Shown here in pieces: positions 24,828 through 38,361 of a DNA stretch of 64,000 nt (within the stretch, counting starts at the first letter, position 1; every line of letters begins with the position of its first letter). Below the pieces are notes generated by a model, which worked only from the letters and a program-made list of their open reading frames with translations, was not told the origin of the DNA and searched no databases. The translations under genes and the position numbers were made by a program. The stretch comes from Hormiphora californensis. Taxonomy: Eukaryota > Animalia > Ctenophora. The DNA is taken from positions 5,518,001-5,582,000 of the forward strand of contig CM035351.1 of the NCBI GenBank assembly GCA_020137815.1, read 5' to 3'.

Positions 24828-24970
24828 GATATTGGTGATTGATTTAGGATTGGATTATGAAGATTTTTAGAGAAAAATGCGTGTCTTTTAAACGATTTTC
24901 ACTGCAATTTCTCTTTCAAAATTGAGGAAATTGACAACTTTAACAGCAATCAGCTGAAAGGAGTAGGATC

Positions 24971-25034
<64 letters not shown>

Positions 25035-25635
25035 AAGGAGAGAAAGAGAGAGAACTGCTTATAGAAATCAAGGGAGGGGAGGATTAAATGTCTGACTAAT
25101 AGGATCACAAGCTATGGCACCGTGACGCACCTCAGTCACATTGTACACTTCTCTAGTCCGAATCCGAATTCCGAATCCTATCTCAGCATCTAAAGAAAGA
25201 TCTTACATCATACACCATTTGTGCTGCATCTCGGACCCGTAACGGTCCATTCTAGATAAGTGCAATGTTAATGGTATGATATCACCATCATGCATTATTG
25301 TATATTTGGGTACAGACTACGTATTCAGAGTGCTCCTCCACCGAGCTGGCAATTGTCCAGATTTAATGGACAATTGTCACTCTGGTAGGTTTTCCCTGAT
25401 CTGTGTATTAGTTGCGAGGAACCTACGTACTATATTTAGCATAAATATACCCTACAGTGTGTCAGCAACGTGCATTAATTGAGATAAATTCATCCTTACT
25501 TTGTATCCCTCTCTCTCATATTTAATCGCAATTCCTTTCCCCACCATCACGCTGCTTTCATAGCGTATGTAACATGCTCCTAATGCTTGATGTGATGTCA
25601 GTACACGAGCAGCAGGTCATTACAATTTATGTTTG

Positions 25636-25716
<81 letters not shown>

Positions 25717-25959
25717 CCCTCTCAGTCTGTATAAATATCAAGATCAGTGATGTGACGCTTACAAAGTCCTGGCTGGTTACATGTCCCAATTACAAGCGAC
25801 AAAGCTGATCCCAACATCTCGTCTGCCTTATCCTAGTATCGTTGCCATGACAACCAAAATTCATACCTCGAATGATTTTCCTGTTCCTCTTAGAAACAGT
25901 ATTGTTTGTTTTGCTCAATTGTTTAACTTTGCTTTGTTCTCATTCATTCCTTTTTTATC

Positions 25960-26900
25960 ATGGCCAGACTTCATCGACCAATGAACCACTACAAACACTG
26001 TCTAAAGAGGAATGAAGCTCTAGAAAAGGAACAACGGCGTCAGTCCATCAACCTGGACCAGAGGAAAAGCGAAATATCACGATCATACGATTCAGATCTC
26101 TCTAAGTTACAGGTGACGCTCCAGTTACAGATTTGGAACCGGGCGTCAGTTTCCTGATGGGAGATTCCTGACGTGAGATTCCTGATGGCAGATTCCCGAT
26201 TGAACCATGCTGCGCGTCATAATTTACAATGCGTGACTAAATTTACAGCTAGAATGAATGGGGAGTTGAGCAGGATTCATTGTCAGCAGTGTCCAAAAAT
26301 TCTCCCATCAGGAAACTGACGCCCGGTTCCAAATCTGTAACTGGTCCCTTAGTCTGCTTAGTGCTTGACTTTCTTTGATTGAAACGATGTTTCATCGAAG
26401 CTCGATCATCGAACAATTACACCACCTTCCATTTAGAAACATCTGGTGCAATATCGGAGACGTCAGTTTACCGGCTGTACGGACGAAACCGTGAGATCTG
26501 CCCCGAACCTTCGAAGTATCTCGCCCGCATTTGGCCAAGCTCGGAGACACTCAACAACAGTACTGATCCCTGTTAAGGCCAGTAATGCCACTGCCAGGAG
26601 TAGGGCAACTTCCCCGCAAGATAGTAAACAGGTTAATTTCGAGACATTTAATAACAGTTAAGCAACTTCCATTTGATATAACACCAATCCCCCAATCAGG
26701 AGACGACGAGTCCTCAATTGAAGGTCAAGGCGAAGCGAACGAGAAGTCGATCATTGGGCCTCAATAAAGAGGAGGAGAAGGAGGTCAGGTCGTTCATGGA
26801 TCGAAATATAGGATCTACTACTACGGTGGATGTCATAACGCAACACGATGCAGTTGTGCTCTCAAATATTCCGTCTCTAATCGTAACGTGTGAGGACTGA
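25960..26900 (+). CDS. Hypothetical protein (about 182 aa, N-terminal coiled coil, Ser/Arg-rich)
   Basis: Three phase-0 exons, 25960-26112, 26437-26631 and 26700-26900, join into an uninterrupted ORF. No family recognised. Confidence 0.55.
26121..26344. mobile_element. MITE with about 44-bp TIRs
   Basis: CCAGTTACAGATTTGGAACCGGGCGTCAGTTTCCTGATGGGAGA and its reverse complement. No clear TSD. Confidence 0.75.
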
Positions 26901-27212
26901 ACCTGAGTATCGTATGCATTATATATTATGACTGAATACGGGAGAGATAAAAGTGAAGGAGACTGAAAGAATGATCACGGATACTGAGAAATTAGGGAGA
27001 TTTTGGTTGTGATTTCTTGCACGTTCGATGTTCAATGGTTCATACCATCTTAAATTGATGGCCTGATATTTCGTAGTATTCATTCTTAACAAGACGTAGT
27101 TTTGGTGCGTACAACAAATCTTAAAACTCACAACAATCCATCACAATCATGAAATCCCCGCGTTACAAACACACTAAAACTCGGCTAGAGCATGCACACA
27201 CACAAACTCTTA

Positions 27213-28872
27213 CTACTTGAGCTGAAGGAGGCTGTGTTCACTGAAAAGATGCTGTACAGAATTGTAGACTCGTCGGATGATGGCAACTAGCCAGGGAAGG
27301 TTATCGGCTCCTCCTACTTGGTCCAGGAGTGTGGTTCGGGTGGGGAGAGTGTACATAGCACCCCCTACTGTCTTCCGTATCAACCATGTGTGGTGGGCTG
27401 CCAAGGTACCACTGAGGGGGTGAATAGGATTACAGTTAGATATTAGAGCGAGGTTACAATTATCGGGTTTCTATAAAACCATGCCAATGGATTACCATCC
27501 CAAAACCCTTTCTCACGAGAAGCCCGGTAAACCTTGTCCAGACCATGTCTCGTGCGAGTATGAACAAAACAAAGGAATGTCCGATTATTTTAAACTATTT
27601 TAATCCGAGAGAATTACATATTTATGATCATCTTCTATGTTACACCCACCCACACAACTGGTGTGAACAATGGAAACAACGATATACACACTACCCCACC
27701 TGCAGTCTCTACCAAAGTTACATACTTGTAGGCATCCCAAACAGGATTAACAAGACTCTCCTCTGACGCCTCATAGATCGCATTCATAAATTCAGCCACG
27801 AACTCTGAAATGTATGGGATAGGATAAAATTGGTCACCAATAGCACAAAAATAATAACTTATGTGGGACTTATGTAGTGGAATTATTCCACTATTGGATC
27901 TCTGATTTTCTAGCTAGAATACAATATCTGTCATGATCCCACCTACCGAGTGCTCTGTGTAACCGTAGCAACGTCCTGCATCCATTATCACGTTCCTTAG
28001 CAACACACCCTGATTCTTTTTCATGTTTTATCATAGCCCGTACTGTCTGGTAACCATCTGGCTGGGAACCCGCCCTGGTTTCAAGTATGGAAATCTTCTG
28101 GGTGACATCTTTTGAGACAAATTTAAATACCTGTTGGTAAAATTTAAATAAATAGGTACATTAGTATATTGAACTCGATATATTGAAGTTATAAAAAGAG
28201 GACTAGACCAAGGTTTGGGTTATTTCACTCACATTTCCGAGCATGGGGAAGATATTATTGAGCTCTAAGTAGGCGGCCAAATATCTATCCAACTGAACAT
28301 CCCCTTCCTCTCCCTCCAGACTGGTCTGGAACTCATTGCCGACCTGCGAGGGGAGAAGTTAGTTAAGAGGGGAGATGGATAGTTGAGAGAGGTAGAGAGA
28401 TAGAACTACTGCGAGGGGAGAAGATTACTGCGAGGGGAGAAGATTACTGCGAGGGGAGAAGATAGTTAAGAGGGGAGATGGATAGAACTACTGCGAGGGG
28501 AGAAGATTACTGCGAGGGGAGAAGGATAGTTAAGAGAGGTAGAGTCTAAACTAGAGAGATAGAACTACTGCGAGGGGAGAGGGATAGTTGAGAGGGGAGA
28601 GGGATAGTTGAGAGGGGTAGAGAGATAGAACTACTGCGAGGGGAGAAGATTACTGCGAGGGGAGAGGGATAGTTAAGAGAGGTAGAGAGATTGAACTACT
28701 GCGAGGGGAGAAGAGGTAGAGATGCTCTGTCAGAGCACATATATTGGCCTGAGCATATAATTGGCCTGACAGAAAGCAAAAGTCACATATTGGCCTGACG
28801 GGACGGAAACTACAGATTACAGAAAGCAAAAGTAAGGTAAGTAGGTTTACATACCAAAGTCAAGTCCAACAT
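27213..28872 (-). CDS. CPTP: Ceramide-1-phosphate transfer protein (GLTP domain), 196 aa
   Basis: Exons 28872-28855, 28343-28233, 28130-27947, 27804-27726 and 27411-27213. Motifs FKFVSKDVTQKISIL, GCRTLLRLHRAL, AYNGTLAAHHTWLIRKTV and C-terminal HSLLQL. Confidence 0.92.
28344..28712. repeat. Intronic minisatellite built from the CPTP exon 2 splice acceptor
   Basis: About 10 copies of CTGCGAGGGGAGA, which reads TCTCCCCTCGCAG on the coding strand. Confidence 0.85.
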
Positions 28873-28940
28873 AAGGGTAAACGGTAGAAGTAGAGATTAC
28901 ACAACAGAGATGCTTCGCTCACACTCAGTTGAGTGATGTA

Positions 28941-29026
28941 AACAAGTAAACAACCAATCAGAACTCGTTATTTAGGTCACGTGACTGGTTATCAGCCAAT
29001 CAGGGACCAGTATTTCCTGATTCGGT
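28941..29026. mobile_element. hAT-type MITE family A, both ends truncated
   Basis: Internal core sequence flanked by 10-bp direct repeat GAGTGATGTA. Confidence 0.8.
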
Positions 29027-29134
29027 AGAGTGATGTATCTTAGAGATGTCAACTTGTAGGGTGAAGCTCACTGGTCATATACTGTTCCATTGCTATTGAA
29101 GAATGTAAATCGGTATCAAGATGTAGAATAGAAA

Positions 29135-29641
29135 TTAATTAAAGATGATATAAATTGTATAGGGATAAAATAAACAAAATGGTAAAACTAAAATGGCTGG
29201 TTCCCTGAAAGAGCCGGGGACACTGCTACCCACTGTCAGGCCAATGCTCTGACCGCGGTTCTCAAGAATGAGAACAGGGCTACTGGCCAGGCCCCAACGA
29301 TCTAACTGTTGTGATATGAGTTTGTGTACAACAGCTGAGTCCTGAGTTGCAGCGTCTCCTTTTCCAGGGAAGCATTCTATCATTATAAGTTAAAATTTAA
29401 CTACAATAGTAAAATGCACACCCAAACATAAAACCACCACGGCAGGAGTTACTCAACAAGCCACGCCCACAAGGCAGGAGTTACTCAACAAGCCACGCCC
29501 ACAAGGCAAGAGCTGCCGAGGCACTGGGATGGGACTCGAAAGAGCGGGAGAGCTGGACAGACATGTGTGTGAATTGTTGGGAGTGCGCCGCGCAGCCCCA
29601 CAATCTCTCCTTAGTTTGGAGTCCCCGCGCCTGACGCATAG
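29135..29641 (-). CDS. Possible terminal exons of an unknown gene upstream of CPTP
   Basis: Two phase-compatible exons (about 29641-29484 and 29375-29135) read AMRQARG...LWAWLVE|CFPGKG...QQLDRWGL. No upstream exons were resolved. Confidence 0.35.
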
Positions 29642-29899
29642 CACTGTAACAGAGTGTGACAGACCAGTCCCAGCTCAAATCAGAGTTAGGGATCATGGCT
29701 GGCCGAAGGAGGAGTCAGGGATTTGAAGGTTTGGGTAGTGGGACAGGTAGGTGGATGGGTTGATAAAGTTGGTGGAATATACTCTGACCTCCAGTGCTGA
29801 TGGGTCTGCCTCGTCAAATTTACACCAAAATTTAAACTTTATTCAATTTCCCAATTTCACCCACCTAATCTCTAAAAAACTTTTCCACTTTGACCCACC

Positions 29900-30131
29900 T
29901 AAAGGTCCTCCCAAACTATTATGTCCCTTGCTGCGCGCGACCGGATTTTAGACGGCCATAGCTCCACCCCCTGATAAGATAGAGACTTGAAATTTGTTTT
30001 GTGAGGAGATCATGTCGAGTTCTTCCTACAAAACAAATTTCAAGTCTTTATCTCATCAGGGAGTGGAGTTATGACCGTGGGAAATTTCACAAAACCCGAG
30101 TGAGGGACATAGTAGTTTGGGGAGTACTTTA
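29900..30131. mobile_element. Palindromic MITE inserted in minisatellite
   Basis: Near-whole-length inverted symmetry: CCCAAACTATTATGTCCCT / AGGGACATAGTAGTTTGGG and GACTTGAAATTTGTTTTGT / ACAAAACAAATTTCAAGTC. Confidence 0.7.
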
Positions 30132-30915
30132 ATCTCTAAGAAACTTTCCCATTTTAACCCACCTAATCTCTAAGAAACTTTCCCACCTTAACCCTCCTAA
30201 TCTCTAAGAAACTTTTCCACTTTGACCCACCTAATCTCTAAGAAACATTACCATTTTGACCCACCTCGTCTCTAAGAAACTTTCCCATTTTGACCCACCT
30301 AAAACTTTTCCACTTTGACTCACCTAATCTCTAGGAAACTTACCCATTTTGATCTACCTAAAACTTTTCCACACGATTGTGAAAGCATGAAACTTAAGTA
30401 AACGATTATTTAATCTTGTATTACTTTGCTTTGTAGTTTGTAAAACTTTTCCACTTTAACTCACCAAATCTCTTTCCCACTTTGATCAACCTAATCTCTA
30501 AGAAACCTTCTTACTTTGACCCATCTTATCTCTAAGAAACTTTCCCACTTTGACCCACCTAAACTCTAAAAATATTTCCCACTTTGACCCACCTAATCTC
30601 TAAGAATCATTCCAAATTTCACCCACCTAATTTCTAAGAAACTTTCCCACTTTGACGAACCTAATCTCTAAGAAACCTTTGACCCATCTTATCTCTAAGA
30701 AACTTTCCCACTTTGACCCACCTAAACTCTAAGAAACTTTCCCAATCTCTAAGAATCATTCCAAATTTCACCCACCTAATTTCTAAGAAACTTTCCCACT
30801 TTGACCAACCTAATCTCTAAGAAACCTTCTCACTTTGACCCATCTTATCTCTAAGAAACTTTCCCACTTTGACCCACCTAAACTCTAAGAAACTTTCCCA
30901 ATCTCTAAGAAACTC
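30131..30915. repeat. About 33-bp minisatellite
   Basis: Roughly 20 degenerate copies of CTAATCTCTAAGAAACTTTCCCACTTTGACCCAC, also present at about 29850-29900. Confidence 0.9.
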
Positions 30916-31751
30916 TGTTAAAATATATTAAAGAGGGCGATGAACTACTGTTTTCTTTAGTAACTATTAGGGGTACTTTTGTTTATTGTTATGTTCCAAC
31001 CCTCCCTTAATTTTAATAGAGGGTCGAGTCGAGCAAGGCAATTCTACTCATATGTATCTACTTATCTACTGCTAAACACGTAGTAAATGGTATTATTGAT
31101 CTTTGCGTTTCGACACGAGGGCCCAAACATATGTGACAAATACTGGAACAATCGAGAGGGGTAAATGTAGTTATCGACTATTACAAAGTGTTAAATATGG
31201 CTTTGTATCATTTGTTTTTGTGTCTGGAGGCAGTAGTAGAAGTGTACACATATCATTATAGTTCTCTAGTTTTCTAGCGTCATCCCCGATCTTTTCACAA
31301 TAATTTTACCTTGGAAAACTAATTATTCTGCCAGATTTTATTTATCATCATCCATCTTCATTATATCGATCTTTAATATGTACATCATAACACATCAAAT
31401 TCAATCGCACCATATCACAAATATTTGACCGGCCAGATTAATCCAAGTTAGTTGAGGACATCATTTCCTATTTGTTTATATCTTTCCCAGTGGTTCTCTT
31501 ACTCTTATCGACATCCCAATAAATAGTGCAAGGTTGGGTATGAGGTTAGCCCAACCATCGTTTCTATATCAGGCTGAGACCTGGAGAGCGAATCAGTTAC
31601 ATTCTTCCTTCGGACCGAGAGCTGCTCAGATCAGGTTGCCAGCGACCGTTAACTCTTGCTGAAGCTCAGGACAATTCAAATCATAAATAACACACACACA
31701 CACACCCTATCAACCTCCATATCTCTTAAAAACACCGCAACCGCGACCGCA

Positions 31752-32440
31752 GGCGCCGTTACGATCTGGATGTTTGCGGGCCTGTTTACAGGTACACGCT
31801 GCCGAAAAAGTACCCTGCACTAAAATGGCTCTAACCACCAAACCTCTCAACTGTTTCGGGTAATCCAAAGTTTATCTGATAGAAAATGTCAAGCCCTAAC
31901 CCCAACACAAACCCCAGCCCTAACCCTAACCCTACTTTTTACAGGTGCGCAGTGCGCACTGCCAAAAAAGTTGATTCACTAAAATGGCTCTAACCGCCGA
32001 ACCACTCAACCGTTTTGGCCAATTCAAAGTTTATCAGTTAGGGAATCTTAAGGCCTAACCCCAACCCAAACCCCAACCCTAACCCTAACCCTACTTTAGC
32101 CCTAACCCTAAAAAACCGTTTGTCAGCACTCACGAAACACCCAGGTTTTAAATTTAACGATGACCGATTTCAACGGCCATCGTTAAAATCTGGGTGTTTT
32201 GGGAGTGCTGACAAACGGTTTTTTAAGGTTAGGGCTAAAGTAGGGTTAGGGTTAGGGTTGGGGTTTGGGGTAGGGTTAGGGTTGGGGTTTGGGTAGGCCT
32301 TGACATTCCCTACCAGATAAACTTTGAATCAGCCAAAACGGTTGAGTGGTTTGGCGGTTAGAGCCATTTTAGTGAATCAACTTTTTTGGCAGCGCGCACC
32401 TGTAAACAGGTCTCCAAACACCCAGATCGTAACGGCGCCC
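31752..32440. mobile_element. Foldback element with internal (TAACCC)/(GGGTTA) tracts
   Basis: Inverted arms GGCGCCGTTACGATCTGG ... CCAGATCGTAACGGCGCC centred near 32170. A related arm lies at about 37880-38040. Confidence 0.7.
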
Positions 32441-33231
32441 GATTTCAACGGCCATTTTTAAAATTTTATGTATTTTTGTTTTTCGCTGCATCGCTCGCGC
32501 GCATTGGAATGCGTCGCCGCCGTGCGCGTCGCGTTTCGAAATTGAAATGTCTCCAAATAAAAAAACGTGCGAAAAAGGGCCAGTTTCGTTAGGGCTAAAA
32601 TCCATATAATAATTTCCAAAATGTTAGTCCGATAATTGTTTTCTCCCTACTCCTCCTACAGTTTTTGAGCTAGACCCCTGAAAATTTGTACACTGGTACT
32701 TTGGACCAAGGCGGGTGTAAGTACGGGCTCAGATTTTTGATCCGATCTTTACAACAGTGACGTCACGGGGTGACGTCATTGCGCCAAAAATACTTACATT
32801 TTTCAAACGCTTCTAAGACCCTGAAAACGGCTCTAAATCAAAAAACTAACGCAATAGTGGGGAAAGAGAATCGTTTGAACTTCATTTTACATGATAGCGA
32901 TTTCCCGTAACTCAATGTTTAAGGGTCGTAAATCGCGTCGGGAAAGTTAAAAATGCCAAAAATACGATATTTTTCACCGTAGCCACCCAAAATCTTATCC
33001 AATCGATATGAAACTTGGTCGTTATGTGAACTTTAATGTCCTTTGGCCAGGGGTTCCCGGAAAACGGATTGGCAAGATGAGAACTGACCGGAGTTCTTAT
33101 AATTCTAAATTCACGAATTTGGAATTTTTCGTCGACTTTTTTTGTTGGCATACGTTGCAGGCCCCTTATAATATAATATATATATATATAATATATATAT
33201 ATATAATATATATAATATATATATATATATA

Positions 33232-34605
33232 CCGTGTGCGGCAAAAAAAAGGCCCCCCCTAGACCACCATAGTTGCCGATGTGGTGGAGAGCTGTAACTT
33301 GGCAGGGTTGCTCCACTATGTCTATCTTGATCCTGACAGAAAAATCAGAGCTCTAGCTCAAAATTCATTTTCATGAACGGAATGAACTTCTCCGTTCCTT
33401 CGATATGAGACCCCCTCATCATTCAGAATTTTTTGCCCGTCTTTGGCTAACGATTATCTTTGTAATGAGACCAATTTGAGCATAATCTGATTACCAGGAG
33501 AGACACAGTGGAGGGTTTTCCGACCGTCACTCCTGACATGTGATCCAGGCCCGGTCACGTGGTGAAAAGTGGGTTTGGGGTGCTGTTAACATGTCTCAAT
33601 AACGGATTATTGCTCTCATATCCCTTGAATATCCCTCCACAATGCTCTCAAGTCACTTTGTGATGCTGATTGATTGGGTTCATGTCACCAGTTCTTGTCA
33701 AAGTTCTCAAGCGGCCCGTGATACGAGATCATTTCATCAAGGAGGGGCCATCTTGTGTCACTAGCCAAGGGATCTGGGGCATTTAAATCTTCAAATGTTC
33801 ATCAAAATCATTCCCAATCGTTACTTGCAATGCATTTTACACCCGAACAGAGGAACTTCATCTGGCTCAAGAAGGAAACCAACACCCTCTACCCCACCAT
33901 CGAACAGGAGTTCTTTATCAAGTTTGGCCGCCATGCCCCATCCAAGAAGTCCTGCAGAAAGATCCATCGGACAGTTGCATTGCAAGTAACGATTGGGAAT
34001 GATTTTGATGAACATTTGAAGATTTAAATACCCCAGATCCCTTGGCTAGTGTAATGTGAGATGATAGGCTGATTAGTGACACAAGATGGCCCCTCCTTGA
34101 TGAAATGATCTCGTATCACGGGCCGCTTGAGAACTTTGACAAGAACTGGTGACATGAACCCAATCAATCAGCATCACAAAGTGACTTGAGAGCATTGTGG
34201 AGGGATATTCAAGGGATATGAGAGCAATAATCCGTTATTGAGACATGTTAACAGCACCCCAAACCCACTTTTCACCACGTGACCGGGCCTGGATCACATG
34301 TCAGGAGTGACGGTCGGAAAACCCTCCACTGTGTCTCTCCTGGTAATCAGATTATGCTCAAATTGGTCTCATTACAAAGATAATCGTTAGCCAAAGACGG
34401 GCAAAAAATTCTGAATGATGAGGGGGTCTCATATCGAAGGAACGGAGAAGTTCATTCCGTTCATGAAAATGAATTTTGAGCTAGAGCTCTGATTTTTCTG
34501 TCAGGATCAAGATAGACATAGTGGAGCAACCCTGCCAAGTTACAGCTCTCCACCACATCGGCAACTATGGTGGTCTAGGGGGGGCCTTTTTTTTGCCGCA
34601 CACGG
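33232..34605. mobile_element. Tc1/mariner-derived foldback element with about 600-bp inverted arms
   Basis: Arms 33232-33834 and 33976-34605 are near-identical inverted copies, TA-flanked beside a (TA)-rich tract. The spacer encodes MHFTPEQRNFIW...YPTIEQEFFIKFGRHAPSKKS, resembling the N-terminal HTH of mariner-type transposases. Confidence 0.85.
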
Positions 34606-36283
34606 TATAATATATATATCGTTGCGGGAGTGCGCGCATGAGGGGGCTGCAGCGCATTCCAACTTTTTTTGGCGACATAAAACGCGAGGAAATTTTCAAT
34701 GAATTTTAAAATTTTACACTCCGCGCGTAATTCTAGGTTCCGCGCGCGGCGTAAAAAAGCAGCGCTTTTTTGGAAAAATTCGCGCGTTACAGTAAATGAT
34801 TTACCAATTACCATTTACCAGGTCACGGGTTCCCAGCAAACGGGTACTCTAAAGTCCATTTTTTTTCAACTGTTCACCCAAAATCTGAAATTTAATAAAA
34901 ATTAGAATTTGGGTGGCGCGCGCTACACGTTAACATGTGATAAACGCGCAAAACAATTCCGCGCACGACTTTGGGGGGTGAACAGTTGAAAAAAAATGGA
35001 CTATAGTAGGGTTAAAGTCGGATTTTTTGAAACTGTCACCCCAAAACGACCGCGCATGTGAAATTCATCAATTTTGACGCGCACAGCACACGTTAACATG
35101 TGATGTGACGCGCAAAAACATTCCGCGCACGAAAAGGGGGGTGACAGTTTCAAAAAATCCGACTTTAGGGTTGGGGTTGGGGTTGGGGTTGGGGTTTGAA
35201 AAGCGCTGCCTTATCCCGCGCTGCTATCGGGGGCCAGCAACGTTTGCCAAGGTTGGGGTTTGGGGCACAGTGGACCCACGCGGACAGGTTTTGAGCCCCG
35301 AAATTGCACGCGCAAATCAATGTCCGCGCACAGTAAAAAACAAGAGTTTCCTTCATTTTAAACTGTGCATTGCGCGTTTTGAGAATCTCTGTGAAATAAC
35401 TTTGCGTTTCCCGCCTTTTTGCAATCCCACACAGAGAGTCTCACACACCCCTGAGGGTTGTGTAGTTTATATTATATTACACACTTGCTACTCTCTGTTT
35501 AGTGTGTTCCTAAATCAGATAGATTTGCTTGAATCTGCTTAGCATTGTTTTTATATTTATAATTTATTAACTCTAGCTCTACCGTTTCTCCCACTTTCAC
35601 TCCCCTCACTTTGGCTACGGATACTGATTAACTGGTATTATTCAGCTTTGATCATGTTACTCCTCGGTGTGTGAACTGTGACTGATAACGATTTTCTGAA
35701 AGGGATCTCACAAGATTTAATTGCCGTTTCATCTCACTGATTTCTGATTTACTGGAGGTATCAGGTAAGAGTTACTTGCAACAATAAGCAATTTGATTTA
35801 TAGTTTTACTGATCTCCCTGCTAAGTGCAAACCCACGGCTGTTCTAACTCACCTCTCCTCTCCCCAGATCTCCGCGATTGTATGGGGAAGATGTGCCTGA
35901 GCTGAGATGTCATTTGCGGTGAAGGTGCATTGATGAGGAATCAAAACACACCCAGTTCGACAGAGTAAACTTCTTTGACCACGATACAAGAGTTCTGATG
36001 ACCGATAACTTAATTTCGGGACCTTCTGATGGACCAAACAAATAGTAGGTAAAAAGTAGTGAGTCTGTTTGAGTTAGTTATTTGCTGTTTCTACACCAAA
36101 TTTTTGGATGGAAAAAATCGCAAATATACGTCATAATCTCACGGTTTTTGGCCAAAAATCGCAAATCTCAATAATCTCAGCTACCCTGAAAATCGCGAAT
36201 GAGGCATGAGATTCTTGCGGCAGGCCCCCCCCCCCCCTATTCAACCCCAATTCCATCTTTATTCTCTAACCCCCATCCCCCAG

Positions 36284-36706
36284 GGAGTGATGGGTTATTT
36301 CCTGGCACGAATCCAACAATACCTCTGGGTATACCTGGCGAGAAACTGCGGTTCAGGCAACACATGGGCAATGAAATGGTACATTACGCCTGTAACTGGT
36401 GGGATGCGGGTCGAGATACTGGGGTGTACTGATAGGAGCTGTTTTGATATTAATTCACATGCCAAGGTATGATAGGATTGGGTCTTTAATTGTAACCCCT
36501 CCATCTCCCCTTTAGCCCTGTCAATTCTCTGTCCCATGATTCATGTCGCCTTCAATAACGTGTGCGATATGAAAGGGACCAACCTCCCATCTCCTACTAA
36601 CACCCCCCCCCTCCTCCCAGACAGCATCTGGTAGCACACCAGCGCCTTGCAGATCCTGTCTCTAAGGAACGGAAGTTACCCTGAACAAGGCAGTCCTGGG
36701 TAAATA
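36284..36706 (+). pseudogene. GARS1: Glycyl-tRNA synthetase fragment, frameshifted, intron-containing
   Basis: [33 protein letters not shown] and [19 protein letters not shown] lie in alternating frames. After an intron come LVAHQRLADPVSKE and NKAVLGK*. All match the eukaryotic GlyRS catalytic core. Confidence 0.82.
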
Positions 36707-38361
36707 ATGTCAGAGAAACACTACGTGTACAACGACAATGTTATCAATATATGTGTAATATATGAGTTATGTTACAATATCGTTGGACAATTCAAGGGAC
36801 ACTTGCGTATATTTATCAGTGTGTTTGTGTGTTTTCAAACTTATTATTGCTGTATAAAATGGGACCATCTGATTGAAGTTTAGGATGAATAACCTTGGTG
36901 TCTGTTGCACCTGTAGTGAGAAAATGAGTTCGTCCCGAGTTGCCTAAATGTTTCTTGTTACCCGGATATACAATGTGAAAGTTCTAAATTAAACATCTAT
37001 TTCAGAGATGTGTGTAATTTATTGGTAATTCTACTTATTAGAACAATTGAAACCTGTCTCATTCTATTTGTTTCCGGGTTGATGATCGGTTTTTATTTTG
37101 GGCCGTGAAATTAGGCCAGGTGGCTGGTGGTGACAGATCTCACAGGAAGATAAATAGAAAATCTCTCTTCGAAATTCCGTGCTTTTTAAAATCTCAAACA
37201 TGACAAATCCTTGTGTTTTACCACAGCTTGTCGTCAGATGCACCACAAGCTCGAATGATTATTCATATATTAATTAAAATCATTCTGTGCCCAATCACCT
37301 AATCTTCGTTGGGAAAACACTGAGATTGTCTCGTATAAGACTCATCTCCACACAGAGTCCTGAGAGCTCTTATTATCAACTCCGCACAAACACTAGCTGG
37401 ATATGACCGCGCGAGCTGTACAAACGTTAGTACTGTCAGCACTCGTTTAGAATGTTCGATCCTTCCACGCGCAGTGTTCCCGCGAAAGTCTGTGGGTTCA
37501 CACCCATCACCGACATCACCATTGTTGCAATTATGAGAAAACTAGGGTAGGGCGGAGTAAGATTTTTTTTGGAGGTTAAAGGGGGACTTCCAACGCTTCT
37601 TTCAGTAGCTGCATGATAAGCTACGCGATAGGCGTGTTGCTTTATTTTCCACAATGGTCAAAATCACTATTGTTGATCTGCTGGGCTAAATAAGCACATT
37701 TACGCCTACCCAATCAAGCTGCATACACCTACAACAATTCCCTAACAGTCAAAAAAAACTTGGGGTTTCAAAGGTTTCTGGTTTTCCTGAAAAAGGCAAA
37801 AAACGACAGGTCATCGACCGCGCAAATGTCACTTGCGCAAATCGTTTGTCCCAAATCGCGCGTTTGGGTCCACTGTGATGGGGTTAGGCCTTGAAATTTT
37901 CTACCAGATAAACTTTGAATTAGCCAAAAAGTTTTGTGGTTTGGCGGTTAGAGCCATTTTAGTGAATCAACTTTTTTGGAAGCGTGCGCCTGTAAACTGT
38001 AAACAGGTTACCAAACACCCAAATCGTAACGGCGCCCGTGAAAAAGAGAAGCTTAAAAAGCTCTGCCAGTGCCTTATCCCGTTGAAAAGCTCTGCCTTAT
38101 CCCGTGTAGCGTTTGCCAACTTATCCCGATTCCCGCAGCGTTTGCTTTGGAACCATCAATCATAATAAAGTTCACGAGTGACGAGCGCACCACATCCAAG
38201 AGAGCTCCCCATCCAGAAGATACCACGTGCAGGGGATACCACGCCCAGAAGATGTCCGCGGCGTCATATTTGCCCGTACGTGGATGTGATATTTATCAAT
38301 TTTTGACGTGCAAACCACATGTACACATGTACCAATTTAACCATTATTTTAAGGATAGCTC

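Noticed and set aside
31485-31690. Exon-like GC-balanced stretch
   Set aside because: No convincing frame with splice sites or recognisable motif on either strand.
31900-32300. True telomere or chromosome fusion site
   Set aside because: Only short degenerate hexamer runs embedded in a dispersed inverted-repeat element.
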